Source: an uncultured Methanosarcinaceae archaeon
GTDB taxonomy: Archaea > Halobacteriota > Methanosarcinia > Methanosarcinales > Methanosarcinaceae
NCBI GenBank assembly: GCA_963721455.1
Contig: CAVRJG010000056.1
Coordinates: 1-64,000, forward strand
DNA: 64,000 nucleotides
Reading direction: 5' to 3'
The notes under the pieces are model-generated. The model made no database searches and was not told the DNA's origin. It saw only the letters and a list, made by a program, of their open reading frames with translations. Below, in pieces: positions 43,649-55,763 of this stretch. Within the stretch, counting starts at the first letter, position 1. Every line of letters begins with the position of its first letter. The position numbers and the translations under genes were made by a program.

Positions 43649-45841
43649 ATGGGACGAAGGAAGAAAATGGTCGAGCGCGTAACGACGCTCATGAAGGAAC
43701 CCACAAAAATCCGAAATATCGGTATCGTTGCTCACATTGACCACGGAAAAACTACATTATCGGACAACCTGTTAGCAGGCGCCGGCATGATTTCAAAGGA
43801 ACTTGCAGGCAGACAGCTATTCATGGACTCCGATGAAGAGGAACAGGCAAGAGGTATTACGATCGATGCCTCTAACGTTTCCATGGTTCACACTTACAAT
43901 AATGAAGACTACCTGATCAATCTGATTGACACCCCCGGGCACGTTGACTTTGGTGGAGACGTTACCCGTGCCATGAGGGCGGTGGATGGCGCAGTCGTGG
44001 TCGTGGATGCAGTAGAAGGCACGATGCCCCAGACCGAAACCGTACTCAGGCAGGCCCTGAGAGAACACGTCAGGCCCGTGCTTTTTGTGAACAAGGTAGA
44101 CAGGTTGATCAATGAGTTGCAGGTTGATTCTCAGGAAATGCAGGTTCGCCTTGGCAAAGTAATTGACCACGTGAACAAGCTCATCAAGAACATGAACCCG
44201 GAGAAGTTCAAGGCAGGCTGGAAAGTCGATGCTTCAGCCGGAACTGTAGCTTTCGGATCAGCTCTTTACAACTGGGCTATCAGTGTGCCTATGATGAAGA
44301 AGACCGGGATCTCCTTTAAGGACGTATATGACTATTGTAAGGTAGAGGACATGAAGTCTCTGGCAGAAAAGTGTCCCCTGCACGCAACTGTCCTTGATAT
44401 GGTCATCACGTACCTGCCAAACCCTCTTGACGCCCAGAAGGGAAGGGTACCTGCTATCTGGCACGGAGATCCTAACTCTGAAATTGGCAAATCAATGGCC
44501 ACTGCAAATGCAGCCGGCGACCTTGCTTTCATGGTAACGGATATTTCCGTAGATCCTCATGCAGGAGAAGTCGCAACCGGAAGGCTGTTCAGCGGATCTC
44601 TTACCCGTGGAATGGAAGTTTACACATCAGGGACTGCAAAAAAGAGCAGAGTCCAGCAGGTAGGCATCTTCATGGGTCCCGAAAGGCTCGAAGTGGAGAT
44701 AATCCCTGCAGGAAACATTGCTGCAGTTACGGGCTTAAAAGATGCAATCGTAGGGTCCACAGTTACAACCCTTGAGGATATGATACCTTTCGAAAGCATC
44801 AGGCACGTAAGCGAACCTGTGGTGACTGTGGCTGTGGAAGCCAAGCACACCAAAGATCTGCCCAAACTAATCGAGGTTCTCAGACAGGTTGCAAAGGAAG
44901 ACCCAACTCTTCAGATTACTCTGGACGAGGAAACCGGGGAACACCTGATGGCAGGTATGGGAGAACTTCACCTGGAAGTTATCGCCCACAGGATCCAGAG
45001 AGATAAGAATGTGGAAATCACCACAAGTAAGCCAATTGTAGTTTACAGGGAAACCATCAAGAGAAAGATCGAGCCTGTAGAAGGAAAGTCCCCTAACAGG
45101 CACAACAGGTTCTATATTTATGTGGAACCCCTTGACACTGCAATTGTCGATCTGATCAAGTCCGGCGATATCAGCATGAACCTGCCTGAGCTTGAGCGCA
45201 GACAGAAACTCATGGAACTCGGCATGGGAAAAGAAGAAGCTAAAGGCATTGCTGGCATCCATAATTCCAACATCTTTATAGACATGACCAAGGGTATCCA
45301 GTACCTTAACGAGACAATGGAACTGGTACTTGATGGGTTTGAAGAAGTCATGAAGGCAGGCCCCCTTACAAGGGAACCTGTGGCAAACGTGAAGTGCGTG
45401 CTTGTAGATGCAAAACTTCACGAAGACGCAATTCACAGAGGTCCGGCCCAGGTTATCCCCGCAGCAAGGCAGGCCATCCAGGCAGGGATGCTTATGGCAG
45501 AAGACAGCCTTCTCGAACCTTATCAGAAGGTCTTTGTCCAGGTGCCCCAGCTCACAATGGGCGGTGCAACAAAGGAACTGCAGGGACGCCGCGGAGTTAT
45601 CCTTAACATGACTACTGAAGGAGACCTGGCAATTATCGAGGCCAGGGTGCCTGTGGCTGAGCTGTTTGGATTTGCAGGAGAGATCAGGTCCGCAACCGAA
45701 GGACGTGCTATGTGGAGTACTGAATTCGGAGGCTTTGATATTGTGCCATCCAGTATCCAGACTGAAGTAGTAGGCCAGATCAGAGAGAGGAAAGGCCTCA
45801 AGAAAGACCTTCCCAAGGTTGCTGACTACCTTTCAATGTAA
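43649..45841 (+). CDS. fusA: Elongation factor EF-2
   Basis: [21 protein letters not shown] and the DAIHRG diphthamide site. Confidence 0.97.
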   Translation: MGRRKKMVERVTTLMKEPTKIRNIGIVAHIDHGKTTLSDNLLAGAGMISKELAGRQLFMDSDEEEQARGITIDASNVSMVHTYNNEDYLINLIDTPGHVDFGGDVTRAMRAVDGAVVVVDAVEGTMPQTETVLRQALREHVRPVLFVNKVDRLINELQVDSQEMQVRLGKVIDHVNKLIKNMNPEKFKAGWKVDASAGTVAFGSALYNWAISVPMMKKTGISFKDVYDYCKVEDMKSLAEKCPLHATVLDMVITYLPNPLDAQKGRVPAIWHGDPNSEIGKSMATANAAGDLAFMVTDISVDPHAGEVATGRLFSGSLTRGMEVYTSGTAKKSRVQQVGIFMGPERLEVEIIPAGNIAAVTGLKDAIVGSTVTTLEDMIPFESIRHVSEPVVTVAVEAKHTKDLPKLIEVLRQVAKEDPTLQITLDEETGEHLMAGMGELHLEVIAHRIQRDKNVEITTSKPIVVYRETIKRKIEPVEGKSPNRHNRFYIYVEPLDTAIVDLIKSGDISMNLPELERRQKLMELGMGKEEAKGIAGIHNSNIFIDMTKGIQYLNETMELVLDGFEEVMKAGPLTREPVANVKCVLVDAKLHEDAIHRGPAQVIPAARQAIQAGMLMAEDSLLEPYQKVFVQVPQLTMGGATKELQGRRGVILNMTTEGDLAIIEARVPVAELFGFAGEIRSATEGRAMWSTEFGGFDIVPSSIQTEVVGQIRERKGLKKDLPKVADYLSM

Positions 45842-46198
45842 GCGGGATTTTTTTCCGCTTTTCCTTAATATTTTTAAGGTAATACCTGTTTCCTTTGGAA
45901 TGAAAAAAAGATCTCGACTGACCTGGAAGGGAAGAGAATCCCTATCGGTTCGAGGATACGTCCGATCGGAAAGCTTTAAGACAAGGTATGCCTATATTGG
46001 GGAAAAACAGTCCAGGTCGCTGGATATTAATACAGTACCGGTTCAAGAAAAAAGTCCGGAAAAGGGAAATTAACAATATTGATTTGATAAAAGAATATAG
46101 AAATGGATGAATCAATATTGAGATCTGCCCTAATCTTAATATAGTAAATATTTGATATACGAATTAAACTCATCCAGAATTACAGGAGAATTATAAAT

Positions 46199-47814
<1,616 letters not shown>

Positions 47815-47972
47815 ATGCAAAAAAAAGACAGGTTACAGAAACCCTCTGTACCTGGTCTTGCAAACTTATTTTTCATTTCTTTCGCCGGCGGCCGTCAATT
47901 CAGACGTTCTCACCGCCAGGCATCTCTGCAATTTTAATCTCCTCTTGAAGCTTTTTACGGTATTATCTACCT

Positions 47973-49463
47973 TTAAAAACGGCGTTCTACAGTGTAAGAA
48001 ACAATCTTCGTGCCTTTTGCAGGGACCATCACGCTGAATTCAATGGTAAAGGCATCAGTTTTTTCGTAGCTGTCCGAGCTTTTCAGAATTTCCGATTCTC
48101 CGGAAAGATGTTCCACGATAGTGACGTTCTGGGAATCAGGTTTACTGTTATTAAGCTTGATCTCATAGCTGGCCCTGTCTACATTATCACTTATGCGCTG
48201 GTAATCGGTATCGTTCCGCTTAACAGTCAGGTCAAAAGATGAGCCGACAGCCACTCTTAATTCTCCGGCTTCGGGAGTATGCTTTATCCGGTCTTCCCCG
48301 AGAAACTGAAGCCCTCCTGAAGAATCAGCTTTATAAATTCTCACGACTCCTTTTGGAAGAGGCATCCCAAGCCCGCTTTCGTTTGAGTTTTCAAGAGTAA
48401 GGTAAGCCAGGACTTTCTCGCCCAGATAACTGTCGTAGATGAGCTTCTTTTCCATAGGGACGGAATCTGCAGACAGAAGGGAGATCTGTTTTGCCTGATT
48501 ATTTTCCAGGGTTGCCGGTTTTTCAAGGGTATAAAGATGATACTCAAAAAGCGCTTCTTCGGCAAAGGGCGTTTGTGAGACAGCTTGATCAGCCACAGTT
48601 TTTTCTTCGGCCCTCCCGAGCATGGGTCGGGAAACACGGTTTATTTGCCCTGAAACCAGTTTCAGAACTGCGTTTTCATAGGTCATCCCTGCTTTGTTGT
48701 CGATGTTCACCCAGCCCCGAATATCTGCTTTCGTATCATCCGCATTGCTTATGAGGACATAAGCCGCTTCCCAACTGATACCGCTCGTCAGGTAGGAAAC
48801 TAGAAGCTGTCGTGTTCCGGAAACCGGAGAATAAATCTGCCAGATGAGAGCAGGTTTCGCCGAGAGCCCGGAGGAGTCTGCCAGTTCTATTTTTGAGAAA
48901 TCCTTAAGTACCACAACTTTTTTTGCTTCAGTCTCAAGGACAACACTGCTGCCTTCATGGCTCAGCAGCGTACCTGTGTAAGTTTCACCGTTTCGGTCAG
49001 TTACGTTGACTTCCCTGCCAAGGTATTTCCCAAGCAAACCGGCGCTGTTCAAAAGATCGTATTCATAATTCTGTTCAAGCAGGACGGTGTCCTTATTTTC
49101 AGGGTCCCCGATTATAACGGACGTCGGGTCAATTCCGGAAGCAATATCAGTATATTCGACCTGATTGACTCCACTCTTCAGCTCGAGTTCCCGCTTTTCT
49201 TTCACAAGGGAAATTCCCTGTTCATAAACAGTAATTTCAAGGTCCCCCACGGCCTTAACCGCTTCCGGGATCAAATTCTCTGAGGCGTCTGCAGGTTTTA
49301 TTCCCGCATCAATACTCGGGCTTGAATTAATCCCGCTCGTATTATTTCCGGGTTCGTATTTCTGAGCCATAGCCCCCGTGTTTTGGGGGATGCAGGCTGA
49401 AAAAAACAGTATAACCCCGATGAATCCCAATATAAGCCAGAAGAAATGCTTCTTTACTCCCAT
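47973..49463 (-). CDS. DUF4139-domain secreted protein
   Basis: N-terminal hydrophobic segment; SYLTSGISWEAAY, EYHLYTL, LGMPLPKG, FLGED. Confidence 0.8.
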   Translation of the reverse strand: MGVKKHFFWLILGFIGVILFFSACIPQNTGAMAQKYEPGNNTSGINSSPSIDAGIKPADASENLIPEAVKAVGDLEITVYEQGISLVKEKRELELKSGVNQVEYTDIASGIDPTSVIIGDPENKDTVLLEQNYEYDLLNSAGLLGKYLGREVNVTDRNGETYTGTLLSHEGSSVVLETEAKKVVVLKDFSKIELADSSGLSAKPALIWQIYSPVSGTRQLLVSYLTSGISWEAAYVLISNADDTKADIRGWVNIDNKAGMTYENAVLKLVSGQINRVSRPMLGRAEEKTVADQAVSQTPFAEEALFEYHLYTLEKPATLENNQAKQISLLSADSVPMEKKLIYDSYLGEKVLAYLTLENSNESGLGMPLPKGVVRIYKADSSGGLQFLGEDRIKHTPEAGELRVAVGSSFDLTVKRNDTDYQRISDNVDRASYEIKLNNSKPDSQNVTIVEHLSGESEILKSSDSYEKTDAFTIEFSVMVPAKGTKIVSYTVERRF

Positions 49464-49712
49464 ACTATTTTACTCCCATACTATTAATGTAGTTCAAATT
49501 TATATATATAATTTTATTGAGAATTCAGGAAAAGTTGTATCTGAAAAAGGGCTCGAATCTCAGGAAGAAGGTATGAAACAGGTCCACTTTATAAAAAACA
49601 AAAAAATTAAAATAGAGAATCTTACAGGTGTGATAATACCGCATATACCTTAATTGGAGGTATCCTCTTTTGCAGGCACCCGAAAAATCAGTATAAGGTA
49701 AAGGACCTGTTT

Positions 49713-50075
49713 TTACTTTAGCAGTTTCAATGCGTCCCTGCAGGCTGCTACAGCAGGTGCACCCGAAGTTATGAATATGACATCCATTACTTCCATTATT
49801 TCTTCTTTGGTAGCACCGTTTTTGAGTGCACTTTGCATCTGCACGACAGTACACCTTTCGCACTGTTTGGATGCAACAACTGCAAGAGCTATCAGGATCT
49901 TCACCTTTGCAGGCAGGGCTCCATCTGACAGTAATTTGTTATTGCACCTGTTATATCTTTTAAGGGATTCACTGTCAAGCTCCCCGATAATTTCAAGAAT
50001 ATGCGGAGTAAAGCCCAGTTTATCACTCATGCTTTCAAGCAATTCTTTAGGTTCCAGATGTTTATGTTCTTCCAT
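49713..50075 (-). CDS. Carboxymuconolactone decarboxylase/AhpD-family protein
   Basis: [30 protein letters not shown]. Confidence 0.88.
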   Translation of the reverse strand: MEEHKHLEPKELLESMSDKLGFTPHILEIIGELDSESLKRYNRCNNKLLSDGALPAKVKILIALAVVASKQCERCTVVQMQSALKNGATKEEIMEVMDVIFITSGAPAVAACRDALKLLK

Positions 50076-50230
50076 ATTTAATAACCCCCGATTGTAGTTA
50101 TATTAGTATTAATATCATTATGCATAATATTTATCTATTCCTGATAATCCGAAAACCACTCTGAGAAAAGAGTAAGCCGAAAATAACAAAAAGAATGAAA
50201 CCAATTTTAAATAAGTAATTGGGGGATCAG

Positions 50231-50785
50231 ATGAAACCGACGGATGACTTGAGAGAAGAGCACAGGGCTGTCAAGCTGATGCTGAGAATCCTCGGCGGCG
50301 TATGTACAAATATAGAGACTGGGAGAAGTGTAAAACAGGAACACCTTGAGGAACTCGTAGAATTTATGAGAGTATTTGTTGATAGATGCCATCACACAAA
50401 AGAAGAGGCTTACCTTTTCCCTGAAATGGAGAAATCAGAAATTTCAGGTTCGAGAGAGATGCTAATTTCCCTTAAAAATGAGCATGAAGAGGGAAGGCAT
50501 TATGTCAGCAGAATTGAAAAGGTAGTCTCCGAAAAAGAAGAACACAGGGAATTACCGACTATGGTTGAGAACTCAAGAGCCTATATTCAACTTCTGACCC
50601 TGCATATTGACAAAGAGGAAAATAACCTTTTCCCGATGGCTGATGCCTATCTCTCACAGGCTGTCCAGAAAGATTTGCTTGAGTCTTTTGAAGCTGTGGA
50701 AACTGAAATAATAGGCATGGGGAAGCATGAGAAGTTCCACAAGCAGCTGCACACCATGGGAGAAATCTACGCAAAACCCGAGTAA
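50231..50785 (+). CDS. Hemerythrin-domain protein
   Basis: EEH, HHTKEE..LFP, EHEEGR, HIDKEE..LFP. Confidence 0.9.
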   Translation: MKPTDDLREEHRAVKLMLRILGGVCTNIETGRSVKQEHLEELVEFMRVFVDRCHHTKEEAYLFPEMEKSEISGSREMLISLKNEHEEGRHYVSRIEKVVSEKEEHRELPTMVENSRAYIQLLTLHIDKEENNLFPMADAYLSQAVQKDLLESFEAVETEIIGMGKHEKFHKQLHTMGEIYAKPE

Positions 50786-50842
50786 ACGTGCAAAGGTAGA
50801 GAGTGCGGACCTACATTATGTTTTTCATCCCGAGTTCCGCTT

Positions 50843-50919
50843 CCCGAATTGCGCCTCGCCCGAATTGCGCCTCGGGAGTACGCGGTCCGTTTCGCTCGCT
50901 TCGCTTGCTCAAGCGGACT
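50843..50919. repeat. GC-rich palindromic/REP-like intergenic element between convergent genes
   Basis: CCCGAATTGCGCCTCG x2, followed by a GTCCGTTT..CGCTCGCTTCGCTTGCTC..AAGCGGAC hairpin. Confidence 0.55.
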
Positions 50920-50968
50920 ATTTTTTGGGGAAGAAGTTTAAAACTATTTTTTAAAGATATTCGAGGGA

Positions 50969-51337
50969 TTAACCATGAATCAGCGTGGGGAGGCAGCGGG
51001 TACAGACCCAGAGACTCTCCATTTTGTGCCGGATGGGAAGGAGGTAGTGGGTATTTTCTCCGGCTCCGCAGGTGAAGCAGCGAATGGAGAGGTCTTTTTG
51101 TTTGGGCTGGGCTTCTGCTTTTTCTCGATTGAATTCGATGGTGTATCTTTCCTCAATTGAGATTGCGCCTTCGGGACAGATGCCGAGGCAAAAGCCCATA
51201 CCGTCACAGAGTTCTTCGGATACGACCTTCGCTTTTCCGTTAATGATTTGAATAGCACCTTCGGCGCAGGGTGCGACGCATTTTCCGCAGCCTGTGCATT
51301 TTTCTTCGTCAATTTTCACTATCATTCGTTTTACCAT
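50969..51337 (-). CDS. 2x[4Fe-4S] ferredoxin with C-terminal Cys-rich domain
   Basis: CTGCGKCVAPCAEG, CDGMGFCLGICP, CFTC..CTRC. Confidence 0.9.
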   Translation of the reverse strand: MVKRMIVKIDEEKCTGCGKCVAPCAEGAIQIINGKAKVVSEELCDGMGFCLGICPEGAISIEERYTIEFNREKAEAQPKQKDLSIRCFTCGAGENTHYLLPIRHKMESLWVCTRCLPTLIHG

Positions 51338-51410
51338 GAAACCGACCCCCCTTCAAGATCGAATGCCGTTAAAAATTATTTTATTTATATGTGCAGCGAA
51401 CTGCCAGAAA

Positions 51411-51890
51411 TCAGATGTCGCTCAGCAATAGCTTCATTCGGAGGTCCGGCAAATAACCCTCTCTATGCAGCATTCTTTTATAATCGTTGATTACTTTGCA
51501 CATTTTGCAAGTATACTTTACAAAGTCAGTCCCTGTTTCTCCTTTGAATAACAATTTTTCAGCTTTTTCCAGAAGATCCGGATAAATAAGGACAAGTTCT
51601 TCTTTAGTGTGCAGAAACAGGGCTGAAAAATCCCTGTGAATGCTCATGCTTCTCTGTAGCAGTTCCAGATCTAAGGTATTTTCAGAGATATAGTCCTTGA
51701 ATTTCGTATAAGTATAAAAGTTTGCAATATTAAGATTTAAGGAATTTAAAATTGAATAGAGTATATTGCCTGTTTTCGGAAGGGGAATATTCCGAAGTTC
51801 AGGGTCTGCACCTTCGTAATTCTTATTTTCTTCTATATTCCGGTCCTGGATTATATCATCGTTCATTTTATCGACCTGGCATATTAGCAA
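51411..51890 (-). CDS. Hypothetical protein
   Basis: 159-aa ORF in AT-rich DNA; no motif recognised. Confidence 0.5.
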   Translation of the reverse strand: MLICQVDKMNDDIIQDRNIEENKNYEGADPELRNIPLPKTGNILYSILNSLNLNIANFYTYTKFKDYISENTLDLELLQRSMSIHRDFSALFLHTKEELVLIYPDLLEKAEKLLFKGETGTDFVKYTCKMCKVINDYKRMLHREGYLPDLRMKLLLSDI

Positions 51891-52055
51891 GTTATATCTG
51901 CAAGTTGTATTTTCACTACGAACTAAAATTTCGGCCGTTCCCCGTTAGCTGATTGATATTTCTTTATGAATATTCCTTTCATTTAAATATGCTTTCTAAA
52001 CGCTCCGAATGAGAGGCAGGATGCAATTATGTGAACGACCTGAAAAAATCTCAAC

Positions 52056-52472
52056 TTATGGTGCAGGAAAAATCCCTAGCTGCTGCATCAGACCAAGAAG
52101 GTTAGCTTCACCCCACAGCTCAATAATCTTACCGTCCTTAATGCGGAAGATCTCTATACCAGTCATGGTTATTGGCTTCCCTGTAGCCGGTAGACCCATA
52201 AAATCGCCTTTATGTATACCATGAGCTGTGAAACGAGCAGCCACATTATTACCCTCGGCAATCATATCCTCAATTGTAACATTAAGGTGCTCAAAGGCTG
52301 CCCTGCACGTGATAATTACTTCATGTATCCCCTCGATTCCTGGAGACACAGGAAGAGGAACATGAAGGGTGAAGTCAGGTGACAGCAGCTCATCAGCAAT
52401 ACTCAGATTACCTTTAGAGGGCCCTTCCTCAAAGAATCGTCGAACTATTGCTTTGTTCTCTTCTGTAGACAT
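52056..52472 (-). CDS. SnoaL-like ester cyclase (NTF2-like)
   Basis: ENKAIVRRF, GIHKGDFMGLPATGK, DGKIIELW. Confidence 0.9.
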   Translation of the reverse strand: MSTEENKAIVRRFFEEGPSKGNLSIADELLSPDFTLHVPLPVSPGIEGIHEVIITCRAAFEHLNVTIEDMIAEGNNVAARFTAHGIHKGDFMGLPATGKPITMTGIEIFRIKDGKIIELWGEANLLGLMQQLGIFPAP

Positions 52473-52553
52473 GTTTTCCTCATTTGTGCTTCTATCGGCC
52501 CTATTTTTGACCTCTTCGTTGACGATATGTGTCTTTGAAGTGAATCTGTAGTC

Positions 52554-52898
52554 TCAGTGGTGAGTGCCTTCCACAATTTCTATTCCCGCATCCTGGATTG
52601 TCTTTTTGATGCTATCCAGATTGGGGCACTTAGGATAAGTGTTCTCCATAAGCATGCAGGAACTGAGGTGTACGGCATCCAGACCATGCTTTTTCAGGGC
52701 ATTTACCAGACGGTATACTCTCCTGCCAGAGCAGCCTCCGCATGTGAAAAAGGCTATTATCTGGGTGTCTGTACCGTATGCCTCAAAGCAGGACTTTCTT
52801 TCGTTGAAAGCTTTAAAGCAGCCCACTCCAGGGCAAGTCTCCGAGACCAGGTCACAGCGGACGACAGCTATTTTGTGGGATTTTGTTTTTTCAGTCAT
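52554..52898 (-). CDS. CGGC-domain protein
   Basis: CPGVGC, FFTCGGCSGR, HLSSC, KCP, GTHH. Confidence 0.92.
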   Translation of the reverse strand: MTEKTKSHKIAVVRCDLVSETCPGVGCFKAFNERKSCFEAYGTDTQIIAFFTCGGCSGRRVYRLVNALKKHGLDAVHLSSCMLMENTYPKCPNLDSIKKTIQDAGIEIVEGTHH

Positions 52899-52929
52899 GC
52901 TTGCACAATCCAGTTTACCTGATCCGGTT

Positions 52930-53268
52930 TTACAGCAGGCGTGTGGATTCGGTTTGCCTTGGAACTTTAATAACAAGCACCCTGAAGACCCCATCTCCGG
53001 GATTCAGAAGGCGGTGAGGGACCTTTGCAGGACTCTCGATCAGCATATCCCTGCTGACTTCCTGAGTTTCGTCTCCGACCTCAACAACGCCTTTGCCTTC
53101 AAGAATGTAGAAAAAGACATCCGTGGGGGTGACATGCTTTTTTAAGGCTTCCCCTGGTTTGAGTTCTATGTGCACTGCCTGGGCATGTTCGGTGTCATAG
53201 AGCATCCGGACGCTCACATTATGAGGGTTCGGCTTTTCAGGTGAAGATTTCATCTCGGTAACTTTCAT
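52930..53268 (-). CDS. Cupin-domain protein
   Basis: LKPGEALKKH..FYILEGKG..PAKVPH. Confidence 0.9.
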   Translation of the reverse strand: MKVTEMKSSPEKPNPHNVSVRMLYDTEHAQAVHIELKPGEALKKHVTPTDVFFYILEGKGVVEVGDETQEVSRDMLIESPAKVPHRLLNPGDGVFRVLVIKVPRQTESTRLL

Positions 53269-53585
53269 ATTATTCTCCCCTTTTGACCACAAATTTCGTA
53301 TTTGTCAGCATTATGCCGGTATAATTTATAAGTATTTTTAGATTAATTTTTACCTGCTTTTTTTATACTGTATATTCCATTCTGTACATTCCATTCTGAT
53401 ATCCATCCCATATATGCCCGATCAGTACAAATTTTTCCATTACCTCTGAGAGCCATTATTAACTTTAACCCCTGAAAACCCGGATTTTATTGGGGTTGAG
53501 GGTTTACAGGAGGAAACGTATTAAACGGGAGCATATCAGGAGCATATGGGACTGAATCAGGAGAATGGGGCTGAAAGTGTATGTT

Positions 53586-54245
53586 TTACAGCCCTACCTG
53601 GGTTTTGAAATTATCAAGGCCCGTATCTTCAATGAACTTTCCCAGCCTCTTTTTCGTACCTGAGCTTTTGTAGAAATTAAGGATCCTATCGACCGTTTCA
53701 AGAACTTCCTCTTCGGATAATTCCTTTGCGACAACCTCGGCAAGTCTTGGCGTCGCGGCCGCCGAGCCTCCGACCATCAGGGTGTATCCTCTGGCAGTGC
53801 CCATTACCCCTATGTCCTTGATAGCAGGTTCAGCGCAGGAATTCGGGCAGCCGGAAACAGCCATCTTTAGCTTTGAAGGCATTGGCATTCCGTGATATTT
53901 CTCATCCAGTTTCAAGCCAAGACTTACAGCATCCTGCTTTCCCTGCTTGCAGAAAGTTGTCCCCGGGCAGAATTTCACGCTTCTTACGCAAAGCCCTATA
54001 GCTGCTCCTGGTTTTATATCAAGCTCAGCCCACACATTATCAAGGTCTTCTTCTTTCAGGCCCACTATTGCAATCCTCTGGGCAGAAGTCATCTTGAGGG
54101 CCGCAGCTCCGTACTTTTCCGCAACATCAGCAATTCTTCTGAGGGTTGTCGGGTCCACAATTCCTCCGGGAAGGTGGGGGGCTATTGCGTAGGTCTCACG
54201 GTCTCTCTGAACGATTGCGCCTTTTTCCGGTAAGTTGTCTTTCAT
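53586..54245 (-). CDS. Stand-alone nitrite/sulfite reductase-like [4Fe-4S] domain protein
   Basis: QRDRETYAIAP..PGG, TSAQRI, CPGTTFC, KLKMAVSGCPNSC. Confidence 0.85.
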   Translation of the reverse strand: MKDNLPEKGAIVQRDRETYAIAPHLPGGIVDPTTLRRIADVAEKYGAAALKMTSAQRIAIVGLKEEDLDNVWAELDIKPGAAIGLCVRSVKFCPGTTFCKQGKQDAVSLGLKLDEKYHGMPMPSKLKMAVSGCPNSCAEPAIKDIGVMGTARGYTLMVGGSAAATPRLAEVVAKELSEEEVLETVDRILNFYKSSGTKKRLGKFIEDTGLDNFKTQVGL

Positions 54246-54490
54246 GGTTGATCCCTTGCTCCAAATTTTCTGGATTTCACTGTATGAGATTACATGGCAG
54301 TCCTGACAGAACTCAGACAGAGTTTCTCAGTCATAAACTGCTTTTGACTCTTTTTTGCCCGATACAGGGAAATTTTCAGAGTATATTTTTGTAATTAAGT
54401 TTTATAAATTACATATTATAATAGTATCCTTTTGATACCAGTATATTAGAGATACTAATTTATATATCAGCCAGTTTCTATGTTTATACT

Positions 54491-54847
54491 ATGAAAGACT
54501 GCACAGTCTACAAAACTATGAATATCATCGGAAAAAGATGGACAATCCATATCCTCCTGGAGTTGCACAAAGGGGAAAAGAAAGAAAAACGCTTTAACGA
54601 GCTGAAAAGGAAACTCGGATACATAACCCCGAAAATACTCTCTGAGAGGCTGACGGAACTGGAAACTGAGGGTCTGATTGAAAAAAAGGTTGATGACTCG
54701 ACAAATCCCCCAAAATCCGAGTATTACCTTACCGAAAGTGGAGTGGATTTCGTGAAGATAATACAGGCTATTAAACGCTGGGGGTTGAAGTGGAAGTTTC
54801 AGAATGAAGAGTGCGAAAAGGCCATTTGCATGTACTGTGACCACTGA
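54491..54847 (+). CDS. HxlR-family transcriptional regulator
   Basis: C near the N-terminus, IGKRW, RFNEL, LSERL.ELE..GLI, EYYLTESG, Cys-rich tail. Confidence 0.92.
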   Translation: MKDCTVYKTMNIIGKRWTIHILLELHKGEKKEKRFNELKRKLGYITPKILSERLTELETEGLIEKKVDDSTNPPKSEYYLTESGVDFVKIIQAIKRWGLKWKFQNEECEKAICMYCDH

Positions 54848-55170
54848 GTTTCAGTGGTCATAGAAAATGAGATGAGTTCGAACCACTTAAAACACAATAA
54901 AGGAAACAGGGACATCGTTTTTTTTCAGTGCTCTCCGTGTTTTCTATGGTTGTGGAGTTTGTCCTGAGTTTTCCTTAACTTTTGGTGTTTTCCGTGTCTT
55001 CTTTCTTTTCTGAAGTTATCTTGACATTGTCAAATTAACTCTTATTTGGAGCTGTTACTACTATTTCTTCCAAATGATTTACGGAATAGCCTGCATGTTT
55101 GGAGTATTCCTGTACGGACACAAGGGTTTAGGGGCTGCCCCCTTCTGTCCCTGTCTCCTCTGTTTCTCAG

Positions 55171-55509
55171 TCATTTTTTACCAATCCTTATGCAATTCCC
55201 ATTCTCATAATATCCCAAATAATTATTACAGTCATCATATAAAGGGAAACAGTTTTCAGAAATAAATCTCCATTCCGGCCTAGAGGGTTCGTTTTTCTCT
55301 CCTAAAATAGGTATCAAATCATTATCCCATTCCCCATTTCGCACATCGAACACTTTAATATATTTATTAATCACCGGAGATTCGTTTCCTTTTCTAGCAT
55401 TGATAATTTGATCGTATTCTTCCTTAGTTTCTGGAAGCCTGTTAATATTTACGATTCCATCGTTTCCAATTGTAACGCCAAACATTTTCTTTTCACCTTC
55501 ACCTATCAT
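55171..55509 (-). CDS. Hypothetical protein (AT-rich, possibly a fragment)
   Basis: 112-aa ORF; no motif recognised. Confidence 0.45.
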   Translation of the reverse strand: MIGEGEKKMFGVTIGNDGIVNINRLPETKEEYDQIINARKGNESPVINKYIKVFDVRNGEWDNDLIPILGEKNEPSRPEWRFISENCFPLYDDCNNYLGYYENGNCIRIGKK

Positions 55510-55763
55510 TCAGGAGCACAAACAAAAGACTTTCGGAGAAAGGGTATTTTTGCCCAACCCCTCCAAAAGGTATATTAAGAGTATTTTCGCCCATCCAACG
55601 AGAAGGAGATTTAAGAAAATGAGTTGATGATGTTTTATCCCTGTAATGTGACATAGTCAAGTTATAGAACCGAAGTTTATTAAGTGTAAATATTTAAGCT
55701 CGGAACTATAATCTGCATATGATCTATCTGCATAGGATCTACAGATAATCCGGGAGGCTATCG

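Noticed and set aside
45920-46018. Structured RNA between fusA and tuf (GACCTGGA..TCCAGGTC)
   Set aside because: Only an 8-bp closing stem, overlapping a probable tuf promoter; insufficient without covariation data.
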